DNA of 41,560 nt, taken from an uncultured Acetobacteraceae bacterium. Lineage in GTDB: Bacteria > Pseudomonadota > Alphaproteobacteria > Acetobacterales > Acetobacteraceae. The DNA is taken from contig CALGVL010000315.1 of the NCBI GenBank assembly GCA_937930165.1, positions 1 to 41,560 on the forward strand, read 5' to 3'. The notes under the pieces were generated by a model. The model was not told the origin of the DNA. It was given only the letters and a program-made list of their open reading frames with translations, and searched no databases. Position numbers and translations under genes: made by a program. This document shows, piece by piece, positions 1 through 8,597 of this stretch; the first letter of the stretch is position 1; each line of letters opens with the position of its first letter.

Positions 1-892
1 CGGTGAGGGTGATCTCCAGCCAGTCCTCGCGTCCCTCGGTGGGCGGATTGTTACGCAGTTCCTCGAAGCTGCCGCGGATGCGGCGCAGCCTGCGGCGGGG
101 CGAGAGCGGGAGTTCCTCCGTCCGTACCGTGCCGGAGCCGTCCAGTTCCACCAGCGTCACGGACTTGTCCTGTCCGGCCTCGCTGAAGGAATAGGCGAGG
201 GGGGAGCCACTGTAGCGGATTCGCCCATCCCCCAGCGATTGCGGCCGGTGCAGATGGCCGAGCGCGACATAATGGAACCCGTCGAAGCGCGAGGCAGCCA
301 CCGGCTTGGCGCCGCCCACGGCCAGTTGCCGCTCGCTGTCGGATTCGGCGCCACCAGCGACGAAGGCATGCGCCACCACCACGCTGCGCATACCGGGCTC
401 GCAGAGGCTTTTCAGGTGGCGGCAAATGCAGCCGAAGCCGGCATCGTGATCCGCCACCTCCTCCGGCGCGAAGAGCGTTGCCAGCAGCAGCGGCGAGGCA
501 TAGCCGGAGGCGAGCACCGCCACCTCCCCATGCGCGTCGCGGAAGCGGATGGCCTCGCCCCGCGCCGAATCGGCGATGTGCAGCCCGGCCCCGCGCAGCA
601 GCGGCGCGCCGAAGGCCAGGCGCCGCGCCTCGTCATGGTTGCCGGGGATCAGCACCACGGGCACGCGCAGGCCCAGGATGATCCGGCGCAGGATGTCGTC
701 CAGCAGTGCCACCGAATCCGCCGGGGGCACGGCGCGGTCGAAGACATCGCCGGCGATCAGCAGCGCGTCCGGCCGGACCTCCCGCACCATGTCCAGGAAT
801 TGCCCGGCCAGCAGCGCTTCCTGCTCGGCATGGAAGGAGGCGCCATTGAGGGTGCGGCCGAGATGCCAGTCAGCAGTATGCAGGAGTCGCAT
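1..892 (-). CDS. sbcD: nuclease SbcCD subunit D (metallophosphoesterase); 3' end cut by window edge
   Basis: Reverse-strand ATG at 892..890. Hand translation gives MRLLHTADWHLGRTLNGASFHAEQE...GDVFDRAVPP...LIPGNHD, which are the Mre11/SbcD motifs. The frame stays open to base 1, so it is not in the ORF track. Confidence 0.85.
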   Translation of the reverse strand, partial: MRLLHTADWHLGRTLNGASFHAEQEALLAGQFLDMVREVRPDALLIAGDVFDRAVPPADSVALLDDILRRIILGLRVPVVLIPGNHDEARRLAFGAPLLRGAGLHIADSARGEAIRFRDAHGEVAVLASGYASPLLLATLFAPEEVADHDAGFGCICRHLKSLCEPGMRSVVVAHAFVAGGAESDSERQLAVGGAKPVAASRFDGFHYVALGHLHRPQSLGDGRIRYSGSPLAYSFSEAGQDKSVTLVELDGSGTVRTEELPLSPRRRLRRIRGSFEELRNNPPTEGREDWLEITLT

Positions 893-932
893 CGGGGCGA
901 AGATGCGCGGGCGGGCGGGCCCGGCGCAAGCC

Positions 933-1811
933 TCAGCCCCGCCGGCCGGAGCGCAGCAGGTAGAGCGTCGCGGCCAGCATCAGCAGCGTGCCCGCCAGCA
1001 GTGTCCAGCCCGGCGACTCGCCGAAGAGCAGCACGCCGAGACCGGCGCTGGCCGGGATGGCGGCATATTCCACCGGCGCCAGCAGCCCGACCTCCGCCCG
1101 CCGCGCGGCGAGCTGGGCCAGCCAGTCCCCGGCCACCGCCAGCACCGACCCGGCCAGCAGCAGCAGCACGGCCCCGGTCGAGGGCGTCTGCCAGACCAGC
1201 GCCGAGATCGGTCCCCAGACCAGCACCGAGGCCACCGCATACCAGGCGACCACCCGTCCCGCCGGCTCGGTGGTCGAGAGGTGCTTGATCGAGATCAGCA
1301 CCAGCGCGCCGGTGATGCCGCTGGCCACGGCGGCGATCGTGCCGGCGGAAAGCTCCCCTTCCGGCCCGGCGATGACCAGCACGCCCAGGAAGCCGACCAG
1401 CGCCGCCAGCACCCGGTCGGCGCGCAGCCTCTCCCGCAGCAGCAGGACGGCCAGCGGCAGCGCCCAGAGCGGCCTTGCCTGCATGATGGCGATGGCATCG
1501 GCCAGCGGCATCCAGGCAATGGCCAGCAGGTACAGCATGAAGCTGCCGATCCCGGCGGCGGCCCGGCCGAGATGCGCCATGGGCCGCCGCGTTGCCAGCG
1601 CCTGCGGCCCGGCCCTCAGCATCCAGGGTAGGAGCAGCAGCAGGGTGAAGCCGCCGCGGGCAAAGGGCAGCAGGGGCAGGGGGAGCCCCTCCTGCATCGC
1701 CAGCCGGAAGCAGCCCCCCATGCCGGCGAAGCAAAGGGTGGAGGCGAGCATGAGGCCCATGCCGGCCAGGGCGCTGCGGCGCGGCGGGCCGGGGGGCGGT
1801 GCGGCAACCAT
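933..1811 (-). CDS. DMT/EamA-family transporter
   Basis: Track ORF 933..1916(-). About 10 hydrophobic segments with a duplicated EamA-like architecture. Start trimmed to the internal ATG at 1811 (MVAAPPPG...). Confidence 0.75.
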   Translation of the reverse strand: MVAAPPPGPPRRSALAGMGLMLASTLCFAGMGGCFRLAMQEGLPLPLLPFARGGFTLLLLLPWMLRAGPQALATRRPMAHLGRAAAGIGSFMLYLLAIAWMPLADAIAIMQARPLWALPLAVLLLRERLRADRVLAALVGFLGVLVIAGPEGELSAGTIAAVASGITGALVLISIKHLSTTEPAGRVVAWYAVASVLVWGPISALVWQTPSTGAVLLLLAGSVLAVAGDWLAQLAARRAEVGLLAPVEYAAIPASAGLGVLLFGESPGWTLLAGTLLMLAATLYLLRSGRRG

Positions 1812-1914
1812 CCCGGGCAGGGTAGCCTGGGACGCCGCCCTGCCAAAGCGGGGCGATTGACGCCGGCGCCCTGTGCCCCGACCCTCTGCCCTTCCGGCAG
1901 GAGGGAGCGCCGCC

Positions 1915-2670
1915 ATGTATCGCCTCGATGTCCTGATCCAGGGCTATCCCGGCAAGTCGCTCTGCCACGGGGGCCTGGGCTGGAGCACCATCGCCCTGCT
2001 GCGCGGCGAGGGCCGCAGCATCCTGATCGATGTCGGCTCCTTCGCCGTGCGGCCGGAATTCGCCCGGCAGCTCAAGGCCGCGGACTGCGCGCCGGAGAGC
2101 GTCACCGATGTGGTGCTGACCCACGCGCATTGGGACCACTCGGTGAACTACCCCCTGTTCCCGAACGCGAATATCTGGATCGGCCGCGTCGAGATGGACT
2201 GGGCCACCAGGGAGCCACTGGGATTCAACCCGCTGCCGGAACTCTATGTGCGGGATCTGGCGGCCCATCCCCGCCTGCGCCTGCTGGAGGATAGGGAGGA
2301 ATTCCTCCCGGGCCTCACCGCGCATCTCTGTCCCGGCCACACGCCGGGCTGCCTGGTCTATCGCCTGACCGGCAATGGGGTGCCGGTGGTGTTCAGCGGC
2401 GACGCCGCCAAGAACCGCGCCGAACTTCTCTCGATGAAGACCGACATGACCATGGACGCCGCCGCCAGCCGCGCCAGCCTGGAGCGCATCTGGAGCCTGT
2501 GGCGGCAGGAGCCGGGCACGCTGCTGATCCCGGGTCACGACCTGACCATGCGCCTGGATGCGGCAGGAAGGCCCGACTATATCGGCCAGCGCCGTGCCGG
2601 CATCGCCGCCTGGTTCAATGAGGAACTGGAGGTGATGCAGGAATTCGACCTCTCCGCACCGCGCTTCTGA
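1915..2670 (+). CDS. MBL-fold metallo-hydrolase (lactonase-like)
   Basis: Track ORF 1873..2670. ATG 1915 is preceded by AGGAGGGAG. HxHxDH motif (THAHWDH) plus later H/D ligands (CPGHTPG, SGDAA). Confidence 0.8.
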   Translation: MYRLDVLIQGYPGKSLCHGGLGWSTIALLRGEGRSILIDVGSFAVRPEFARQLKAADCAPESVTDVVLTHAHWDHSVNYPLFPNANIWIGRVEMDWATREPLGFNPLPELYVRDLAAHPRLRLLEDREEFLPGLTAHLCPGHTPGCLVYRLTGNGVPVVFSGDAAKNRAELLSMKTDMTMDAAASRASLERIWSLWRQEPGTLLIPGHDLTMRLDAAGRPDYIGQRRAGIAAWFNEELEVMQEFDLSAPRF

Positions 2671-2685
2671 GCCTTGGGTTTCTGA

Positions 2686-3306
2686 GTGGCCGAGCCTCGT
2701 GCCTGGGTCCGCCTGCCTTCGGGGCGGCGGCTGGACCTGCTTTCGCCCACGCCCTTCGACTGGACGGATGAGGATCTGGCGATCGGCCTTGCCCGAACCT
2801 ATCGCTGGGGCGGGCATTCCGTCTGGCCGGGCGCGCCGCTCTCCGTCGCGCAGCATTCGCTGGCGGTGCTCGAACTGCGCCGGCAGCGCAGCCGCCGACC
2901 GCTGAGCCTGGCCGAGCAGCGGCGCGAATTGCTGCACGATGCGGAGGAGGGGCTGATCAATTTCGACTGCATCTCGCCGCTGAAGCCCTTCCTCGGCGCC
3001 GGCTTTCACGAGTTGCAGGCAAGGCTGCAGGCGGTGGTCGCGCTGCGCTACGCCCTGCCGCCCTGGACGCCGGAGGAGAAGCGCATCCACAAAGCCTGCG
3101 ACGTGGCGCTGGCGGCGGCGGAAGCGGTGCATGTCGCCGGCTGGACGCGGGCGGAGGTGCGCGGGACGCTCGGCATCCGGACGGCGGTGATGGAAGCCGA
3201 CCCGCTCGCCGTGCCAGGGGAGGAGCCCTGGCGCCCCTGGCCGCCGGAGGTCGCGGCGGAGCGGTTCCTCGCCAGGCTGCGGGCATTGCTGCCGCAAGGG
3301 GGCTGA
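2686..3306 (+). CDS. HD-domain phosphohydrolase (YfbR-like)
   Basis: GTG start 15 nt after the MBL stop. H...HD...D pattern (SVAQHSL, LLHDAEEG, KACDVALAAAEA). Confidence 0.6.
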   Translation: MAEPRAWVRLPSGRRLDLLSPTPFDWTDEDLAIGLARTYRWGGHSVWPGAPLSVAQHSLAVLELRRQRSRRPLSLAEQRRELLHDAEEGLINFDCISPLKPFLGAGFHELQARLQAVVALRYALPPWTPEEKRIHKACDVALAAAEAVHVAGWTRAEVRGTLGIRTAVMEADPLAVPGEEPWRPWPPEVAAERFLARLRALLPQGG

Positions 3307-3320
3307 CCCGGTCTGAAACA

Positions 3321-3375
3321 CGGACGAAACAGGTGACATCCATTCGCCTGCTGCCTGTCATTCGCACGAAACAGG
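3321..3375 (+). promoter_or_regulatory. direct-repeat array upstream of the O-methyltransferase gene
   Basis: CGGACGAAACAGG (3321-3333) and CGCACGAAACAGG (3363-3375) lie 42 nt apart. CATTCGC occurs at 3341-3347 and 3359-3365. GAACA core GAAACA occurs three times (3315, 3326, 3368). Confidence 0.3.
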
Positions 3376-3418
3376 GAGGGCCTATCGCGACCGCACACCG
3401 GAGCGGATGGAGGAGTAA

Positions 3419-4507
3419 ATGCTCGGGAGTGCGGAAGAAGGGATTCCGGCCATGGCAGCCGCGAAATCAATGCAGCCATCGCCCCCAGTCCCGGCAGGCC
3501 CCTCGCCGGAGGGCATCCTGCGGCTCGGCATGGGATTCTGGGAGTCCAAGGCGCTGCTCAGCGCGGTCGAGCTCGGGCTGTTCACGGAATTGGCGAAGGA
3601 TGGGCCGATGCCGGCCGAGGCGATCGGCGCACGGCTCGGCCTGCAACGCCGCGGGCTACATGACTTCCTGGATGTGCTGGTGGCGCTCGGCATGCTGCAG
3701 CGCGATGCGACGGGCCGTTACGCCAATACGCCGGAGGGCGACCTCTACCTGGATCGCGCCAAGCCGACCTATGTCGGCGGGCTGCTGGAGATGGCGAACC
3801 AGCGCCTCTATCCCTTCTGGGGACGGCTGACCGAGGCGCTGCGCACCGGCCAGCCGCAGAACGAGATGCGGGACGGCGATCCCGATTTCTTCGCCAAGCT
3901 CTACGCCGATCCTGCCCGGTTGGAGGGCTTCCTCCGCGCCATGACCGGCATCAGCCGGCCGACCGCGCGGGCCATGGCCTCGGCCTTCCCCTGGCAGGAC
4001 CGCCGCAGCGTCGCCGATATCGGCTGCGCCCAGGGCGGCTGCCTGGCGGAGATCCTGCGTGCCCAACCGCATCTCTCCGGCATCGGCTTCGACCTGCCGC
4101 CGGTGCGCCCGGTCTTCGAGGCGCATATGCGCGAGCAGGGCTTGGCGGATCGCGCCCGCTTCCTCCCCGGCAGCTTCTTCGAGGACCCGATGCCGCAGGC
4201 GGATGTGCTGGTGATGGGCCATATCCTGCACGACTGGGACGAGGCGGAGAAGCGCATGCTGCTGCGCAAGGCGCATGCGGCGCTGCCGCCGGGCGGCGCA
4301 CTGGTGGTCTATGACGCGATGATCGACGATGCGCGGCGCGAGAACACCTACGGCCTGCTGATGAGCCTGAACATGCTGATCGAGACGCCGGGCGGCTTCG
4401 ACTACACTGGCGCCGATTGCCAGGGCTGGATGCGCGAGGCGGGCTTCCGGGATGTCCGGGTGGAACACCTCCGGGGCCCGTATTCCATGGCCATCGGCAT
4501 CCGGTAG
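3419..4507 (+). CDS. class I SAM-dependent O-methyltransferase (family 2, with N-terminal dimerisation/wHTH domain)
   Basis: ATG preceded by GGAGGAG. SAM motif [15 protein letters not shown], later HILHDW. Overall resemblance to CrtF/BchU/ASMT-type OMTs. Confidence 0.8.
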   Translation: MLGSAEEGIPAMAAAKSMQPSPPVPAGPSPEGILRLGMGFWESKALLSAVELGLFTELAKDGPMPAEAIGARLGLQRRGLHDFLDVLVALGMLQRDATGRYANTPEGDLYLDRAKPTYVGGLLEMANQRLYPFWGRLTEALRTGQPQNEMRDGDPDFFAKLYADPARLEGFLRAMTGISRPTARAMASAFPWQDRRSVADIGCAQGGCLAEILRAQPHLSGIGFDLPPVRPVFEAHMREQGLADRARFLPGSFFEDPMPQADVLVMGHILHDWDEAEKRMLLRKAHAALPPGGALVVYDAMIDDARRENTYGLLMSLNMLIETPGGFDYTGADCQGWMREAGFRDVRVEHLRGPYSMAIGIR

Positions 4508-4629
4508 CCCGCGAGCGCCCGAGGTGGAGGCGCCGAAGGCGCGGATCGCCGGCTCAAGCGAAGCCTGGCTGGGGGGTTGGCCGCGGCCGGGGGCTGCGCG
4601 ATCATGCGGCGAATCCAGGAGGAACGCTC

Positions 4630-5643
4630 ATGACCGCTGCCGTCCCCGTTGCCGGCAACCGCTTCGTCATCATCGGCGGCGCCAGCCTCGTCGGCTCCGC
4701 CACGGCCGGGGAGCTGCTGGACCATGGCGCGGCCGAGGTGGTGCTGTTCGACAATTTCACCTTCGGTTCGGAAGCCGCCATCGCGCATCTGCGGGACCAT
4801 CCGCGACTGAAGCTGGTCCGCGGCGACGTGATGCGCATGGCCGATCTGCTGCGCGCGACGGAAGGCGCCGCCGGCGTGCTGCAACTGGCCGCCTTCATGA
4901 CGCTCTCCATGGACCGCGATCCCTGGGGCGGGCTGGACGTGAACATCCGCGGCGTGCAGAACGCGCTGGAAGCCTGCCGCGCCAACAAGGTGCGGAAGGT
5001 GGTCTTCGCCTCCTCCAACGCCGTCTATGGCTATGGGCCCGGCGTCAGCGGCGAGCTGGTGGAGACGACGCCCTTCCACAGCCATGGCGCGCCGCCTGCC
5101 GCCATCCTCTATGGCGCCAGCAAGATCATCGGCGAGCAGCTCTGCCGCGACTACAAGCACAAGCATGGGCTGGATTATGTCGTGCTGCGCTACTCCACGG
5201 TCTATGGGGAGCGGCAGCACTACCGCGCCGCCAACGCCCTCTACATCATCGAGACCTATGACAGGGTGAAGCGCGGCGAGCGGCCGCAGGTCTTCGGCGA
5301 TGGCAGCGAGACCAAGCACTTCGTCTATGTCGGCGACCTTGCCCGCGCCAACCGCATGGCCTTCGAGAGCGAGGCGACGGATGTGGCGGTCAACACCTCC
5401 GGCCCTGCGCCGATCACCACGCTGGAGCTGGTGCGGCTGGTCACGGAGCTGGCCGGGGGCGGGCCGGAGCCGGAATTCGTCGGCAACGAGCCAGGCAAGG
5501 TGCGGCTGACCTCCGGCGGCGCCTTCCGCATCGCGCATGAGGAAGCCTTCCGGGTCATCGGCTGGAAGCCGGAGGTGGAAATGAGGGAGGGCCTCCGCCG
5601 CCTCATCGCCTGGCGCGAGGGCAATGAGGGGCGGGCCGGGTAG
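4630..5643 (+). CDS. NAD-dependent epimerase/dehydratase (extended SDR)
   Basis: Track ORF 4417..5643 trimmed to ATG 4630, which is preceded by CAGGAGGAA. Rossmann motif GGASLVGS and catalytic YGASK. Confidence 0.8.
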   Translation: MTAAVPVAGNRFVIIGGASLVGSATAGELLDHGAAEVVLFDNFTFGSEAAIAHLRDHPRLKLVRGDVMRMADLLRATEGAAGVLQLAAFMTLSMDRDPWGGLDVNIRGVQNALEACRANKVRKVVFASSNAVYGYGPGVSGELVETTPFHSHGAPPAAILYGASKIIGEQLCRDYKHKHGLDYVVLRYSTVYGERQHYRAANALYIIETYDRVKRGERPQVFGDGSETKHFVYVGDLARANRMAFESEATDVAVNTSGPAPITTLELVRLVTELAGGGPEPEFVGNEPGKVRLTSGGAFRIAHEEAFRVIGWKPEVEMREGLRRLIAWREGNEGRAG

Positions 5644-5673
5644 CGGCGCGCCCCCGGCCGCGCCATGGCGGCG

Positions 5674-6663
5674 CTACCCGGCGCGCCAGTTCAGCCGGCG
5701 CAGCAGCCATTCCCGGTAGGCGAGCACCGCCTCCGGCGGCGGTGCCAGGGCGGCGAGCAGTGGTGCCGCCTCCACCCCGGACAGGGCGCGCAGCCCCGGC
5801 GGCAGGCCGGCGCGTTCCTCCTCCAGCCAGCGCTGCGCCGCGCCGCGCCATAGCGCCACCAGATTCGCAGGAGTCAGCGCCGGCAGCACCAGCGCCGCCC
5901 GCAGCCGGGCGGCGGCGGCCACGGCCTGAAAGGCCGCCAGCGCCTGTGGCGCGTCGGCCGTGGCCAGTTCGGGCAAGGCAGGGGTTTCCGGAAGCAAGGG
6001 ATCCCGCGATGCCGCGGCATCCAGGGTGAACCAGGGCCGGGCCCCGAGCGTCGCCAGCCGCGCCGGCAGTTCCGCACCCTGCAGCACGATGGCATCCACT
6101 TGGCCCTGGGCCAGCGCCGCCTCTGCCTGGGCCGACGTCAGGCCAAGCACCGGGGCGGCGGTGATGCCGAGAAGGTCGAGCCCGAGCAGTGCCGCCGCCT
6201 CGGGCGAATCCGCGGTGCTGAGGGCGATCCGGACTGCCGTGCCCTGGGCAGGCGGGCCGCGGCCTGCCAGCACGGCACTGCCCTCGACGGCGCAGACCGG
6301 CAGCCAGCCGGTATCGTCGAAATGAGCGCGGGGCTCGCCCACCAGCCGGGCCTGGGCAGCCGCACCGGGCAGGACCAGCAGGGTGCGGCCATCCGGCGCC
6401 GCCATGGTGGCGAAGCGATTGGCGGCAGTCACGCCATCCAGGCCGCCGAGCACATTCTGCTGCAGGCTGACCGCCGCGGTCGCGCCACGGACAAGGGCTT
6501 CGGAGAGGCGGGCCGCCCAGCGGGCCAGGGGGCCGTGCTCCGGTCCCGGCACCAGCAGCGTCACCGCCCCAGGCAGCATCGCGCGGGCGGGGGTGGCGAG
6601 GGCGGCCAGGGCAGCACTGCCGCACAGAAGCTGACGCCGCCTCGGTGCAGGGCGAATGGTCAT
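5674..6663 (-). CDS. periplasmic binding protein, divergent Bug/TctC-like, Tat signal
   Basis: Track ORF 5674..7362 trimmed to ATG 6663, which is preceded by GGAGGGAGG. MTIRPAPRRRQLLCGSAALAALATPARA resembles a twin-arginine signal. Weak TctC-like layout (LLVPGP..., AAPDGRTLLV). Confidence 0.5.
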   Translation of the reverse strand: MTIRPAPRRRQLLCGSAALAALATPARAMLPGAVTLLVPGPEHGPLARWAARLSEALVRGATAAVSLQQNVLGGLDGVTAANRFATMAAPDGRTLLVLPGAAAQARLVGEPRAHFDDTGWLPVCAVEGSAVLAGRGPPAQGTAVRIALSTADSPEAAALLGLDLLGITAAPVLGLTSAQAEAALAQGQVDAIVLQGAELPARLATLGARPWFTLDAAASRDPLLPETPALPELATADAPQALAAFQAVAAAARLRAALVLPALTPANLVALWRGAAQRWLEEERAGLPPGLRALSGVEAAPLLAALAPPPEAVLAYREWLLRRLNWRAG

Positions 6664-6731
6664 TGCTGCCTCCCTCCCCCTGGCGATTCGGTCCGGGCCC
6701 TCCCTGGCACGCTGTCCCTCGTGGGGCTGCC

Positions 6732-7277
6732 CTAACTGTCGTAGCTGAGCAGCGCCTGGAAGGGCACGTCGAGGCGGGCGCGGCCGCCGAGGAAGGTCAG
6801 TTCGATCAGCGCCGCCCCGGCCGGCACCTCGGCGCCCGCCTGGCGCAGCAGAGCGATGCCTGCCGCCATGGTGCCACCCGTGGCCAGCAGGTCGTCCAGG
6901 ATGACCACGCGCTGGCCGGGGGTGACGGCATCCGCCTGCATCTCGATCCGGTCGGTTCCGTATTCGAGCGCATAGTCGAGCCCGATGGTCGCCCCTGGCA
7001 GCTTGCCCCGCTTGCGCAGCATGACGAAGCCGAGGCCGAGTTCGAGCGCCAAGGGGGCAGCGACGAGGAAGCCCCGGCTCTCGATGCCGGCCAGCATATC
7101 CGGCCGGTAGGGACGGATGATGCGCGCCAGCCGGGCCATGGCGGTGCGCCAGGCAGGACCGTGCCGCAGCAGGGTGGAGATGTCGTGGAACAGGATGCCG
7201 GGCTTCGGGAAGTCCGGGATGCTGCGGATGTGGTTCCGCAGGTCCAGCGTGTCGTTGTCGGCGAGGGTGTCTTGCAT
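6732..7277 (-). CDS. apt: adenine phosphoribosyltransferase
   Basis: MQDTLADN...[18 protein letters not shown]...[13 protein letters not shown] (PRPP-binding motif). 181 aa. Confidence 0.92.
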   Translation of the reverse strand: MQDTLADNDTLDLRNHIRSIPDFPKPGILFHDISTLLRHGPAWRTAMARLARIIRPYRPDMLAGIESRGFLVAAPLALELGLGFVMLRKRGKLPGATIGLDYALEYGTDRIEMQADAVTPGQRVVILDDLLATGGTMAAGIALLRQAGAEVPAGAALIELTFLGGRARLDVPFQALLSYDS

Positions 7278-7427
7278 GGCCGGTCCTTCGGCGGTCGCGG
7301 GCGTGCGGCCAGGGCGCGGCCCGGGCGGGGCGGAGACTAAGCGCCGGCCGCCCCGGCTGCAACCACGAGGCGGTGGCTCGCCCGCCGGGGCTTGGCGGCG
7401 CGGCGCGGCTGGGCCATTTCCCTGCCC

Positions 7428-7628
7428 ATGTCCCGCACCGCCATCGCCCTTCCGCTCGGGCTGCTCGGATTCTTTCTCTATATCGGAGTGGTCGTGGCGC
7501 TGGCCGACCATGTCCTCGGCCTGCACTGGGCGCTGCAGGTGCCCTATTTCCTCATCGCCGGCATCGCCTGGGCCCTTCCGGCGCACCGGCTGATCCTCTG
7601 GGCGGCGGGCGGGCGGCGAGGCGAATGA
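7428..7628 (+). CDS. DUF2842-like small membrane protein
   Basis: 66 aa with two TM segments ([28 protein letters not shown]...[12 protein letters not shown]). Typical small alphaproteobacterial membrane protein. Confidence 0.6.
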   Translation: MSRTAIALPLGLLGFFLYIGVVVALADHVLGLHWALQVPYFLIAGIAWALPAHRLILWAAGGRRGE

Positions 7629-7770
7629 AAACCCCGCCGGCCGAGGCTGGCGATGGCCATTCGCATTTCTGGGCTGGTGGCGGGCTCCGGGTGGGCAACG
7701 GAGGCGCCTCTCAGCCGGTGGAACAAGCGGGCAGGAGCCCCTTTCCATTCGGCGGCCCGTAACGCGGTCT

Positions 7771-7797
7771 TGCATTCCAATGGGGCGTGAGAATGCA
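7771..7797. promoter_or_regulatory. inverted repeat TGCATTC-N13-GAATGCA upstream of the orphan gene
   Basis: Perfect 7-bp arms at 7771-7777 and 7791-7797. Overlaps a GCATGC palindrome. Confidence 0.25.
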
Positions 7798-7831
7798 TGC
7801 AATGGCTGGCACCAACCAGCGAGGTGCCGCC

Positions 7832-8257
7832 ATGAGCCAAGCGCAGAGGCCGGCGAATCGCAGTCTCCTGTTCTGGGCCGTGATGCCCGAGCGGCTACTC
7901 GTACACGGCATCCGTTACGTCTTCGGGCACCCGATCCAGTTTATAGCGGTGTTCAGCATCCTGGCCGCGCTGCTCTACTACCTTTCAGCGCTGCCAGGAC
8001 CGCCAGGAGAGGACGGCAGGGTCATCGTCGGCGAGGGTAGCCCAATCCCCGGCGCCTCCACGATTGCGACCCTGTTGATGATGTTCGTCGGCATTCTCCT
8101 GATCTGGGTGTCCCAGCATACCGATCGCCCGAACACGGTCTGGACCAATGCGCCATCGATTTGGCGGCCGGTAGGCCAGCCGATCGAAATCGCATCGACC
8201 GACGAGAGCGATGTTCCGGCCGGGGGCGTGGAAGGCGAGAGTTCGTCGGTCCGCTAG
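7832..8257 (+). CDS. hypothetical two-TM membrane protein (orphan, atypical composition)
   Basis: Track ORF 7787..8257. I prefer ATG 7832 (GAGG 7 nt upstream), but 7787/7793/7802 are possible. Two hydrophobic helices. Codons rare elsewhere in the window (ATA, TTT, TCA, CCA, GGA, GTA). Confidence 0.5.
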   Translation: MSQAQRPANRSLLFWAVMPERLLVHGIRYVFGHPIQFIAVFSILAALLYYLSALPGPPGEDGRVIVGEGSPIPGASTIATLLMMFVGILLIWVSQHTDRPNTVWTNAPSIWRPVGQPIEIASTDESDVPAGGVEGESSSVR

Positions 8258-8373
8258 ATGTGTAGTCCCGGGGAGTAGCGGTGCATCTTCGACCCGTGAG
8301 GGGGAGGGGTCAAAGGGGGTGGACCGGGGCCTGAGTCCATCCGGTCAACCGGCTCACTTTGGCCCGGAAAAGC

Positions 8374-8411
8374 AAAGCCCTCGCAAGTCCTTGAACTTGC
8401 GAGGGCTTTTT
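8374..8411. terminator. bidirectional intrinsic terminator
   Basis: GCCCTCGCAAGT (8377-8388), loop CCTTGA, ACTTGCGAGGGC (8395-8406), then TTTTT on the + strand. The - strand reads a hairpin followed by TTTGCTTTTCC. It lies 15 nt past the tRNA 3' end. Confidence 0.85.
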
Positions 8412-8421
8412 GGTCCCGATC

Positions 8422-8498
8422 TGGTCGGAGCGAGAGGATTCGAACCTCCGGCCCCTGCGTCCCGAACACAGTGCTCTACCAGGCTGAGCTACGCTCCG
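8422..8498 (-). tRNA. tRNA-Pro (anticodon CGG)
   Basis: Hand-folded 77-nt cloverleaf: acceptor CGGAGCG/CGCTCCG, D arm GCTC/GAGC, anticodon stem CTGTG/CGCAG with loop TTCGGGA, T arm GGAGG-TTCGAAT-CCTCT, encoded CCA. Confidence 0.93.
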
Positions 8499-8548
8499 TC
8501 GGTCGGGAATCCGCCATGTCTTGGAGTGGCGCGACGGCCGGCGATATA

Positions 8549-8579
8549 GCCCCCGCCGCACGGACGGGCAAGCGGGGGC
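8549..8579 (-). terminator. hairpin after the LOG gene (possible terminator)
   Basis: GCCCCCGC (8549-8556) pairs with GCGGGGGC (8572-8579). On the - strand it is followed by TATATC, so there is no clean U-tract. Confidence 0.35.
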
Positions 8580-8597
8580 GATGAGATATCCCGTGCG

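Noticed and set aside
757-3339. Very long track ORFs such as 757..3339(-) 860 aa, 10967..12871(-) 634 aa, 31743..33671(-) 642 aa, 6732..7802(-) and 36450..37871(-).
   Set aside because: Their translations are Arg/Ala/Pro/Gly-rich low-complexity sequence, lying antisense to or out of frame with genes that have clear family signatures. These are the classic stop-codon-poor shadow ORFs of high-GC DNA.
7629-8421. Direct repeat of the tRNA-Pro 3' half (att-site remnant) and integrase next to the tRNA.
   Set aside because: I could not find a convincing copy of TGGTCGGAGCGAGAGGATTCGAACC. The best partial resemblance, near 8195-8215, is weak. No integrase or other mobility gene is present, so an island call is not supported.
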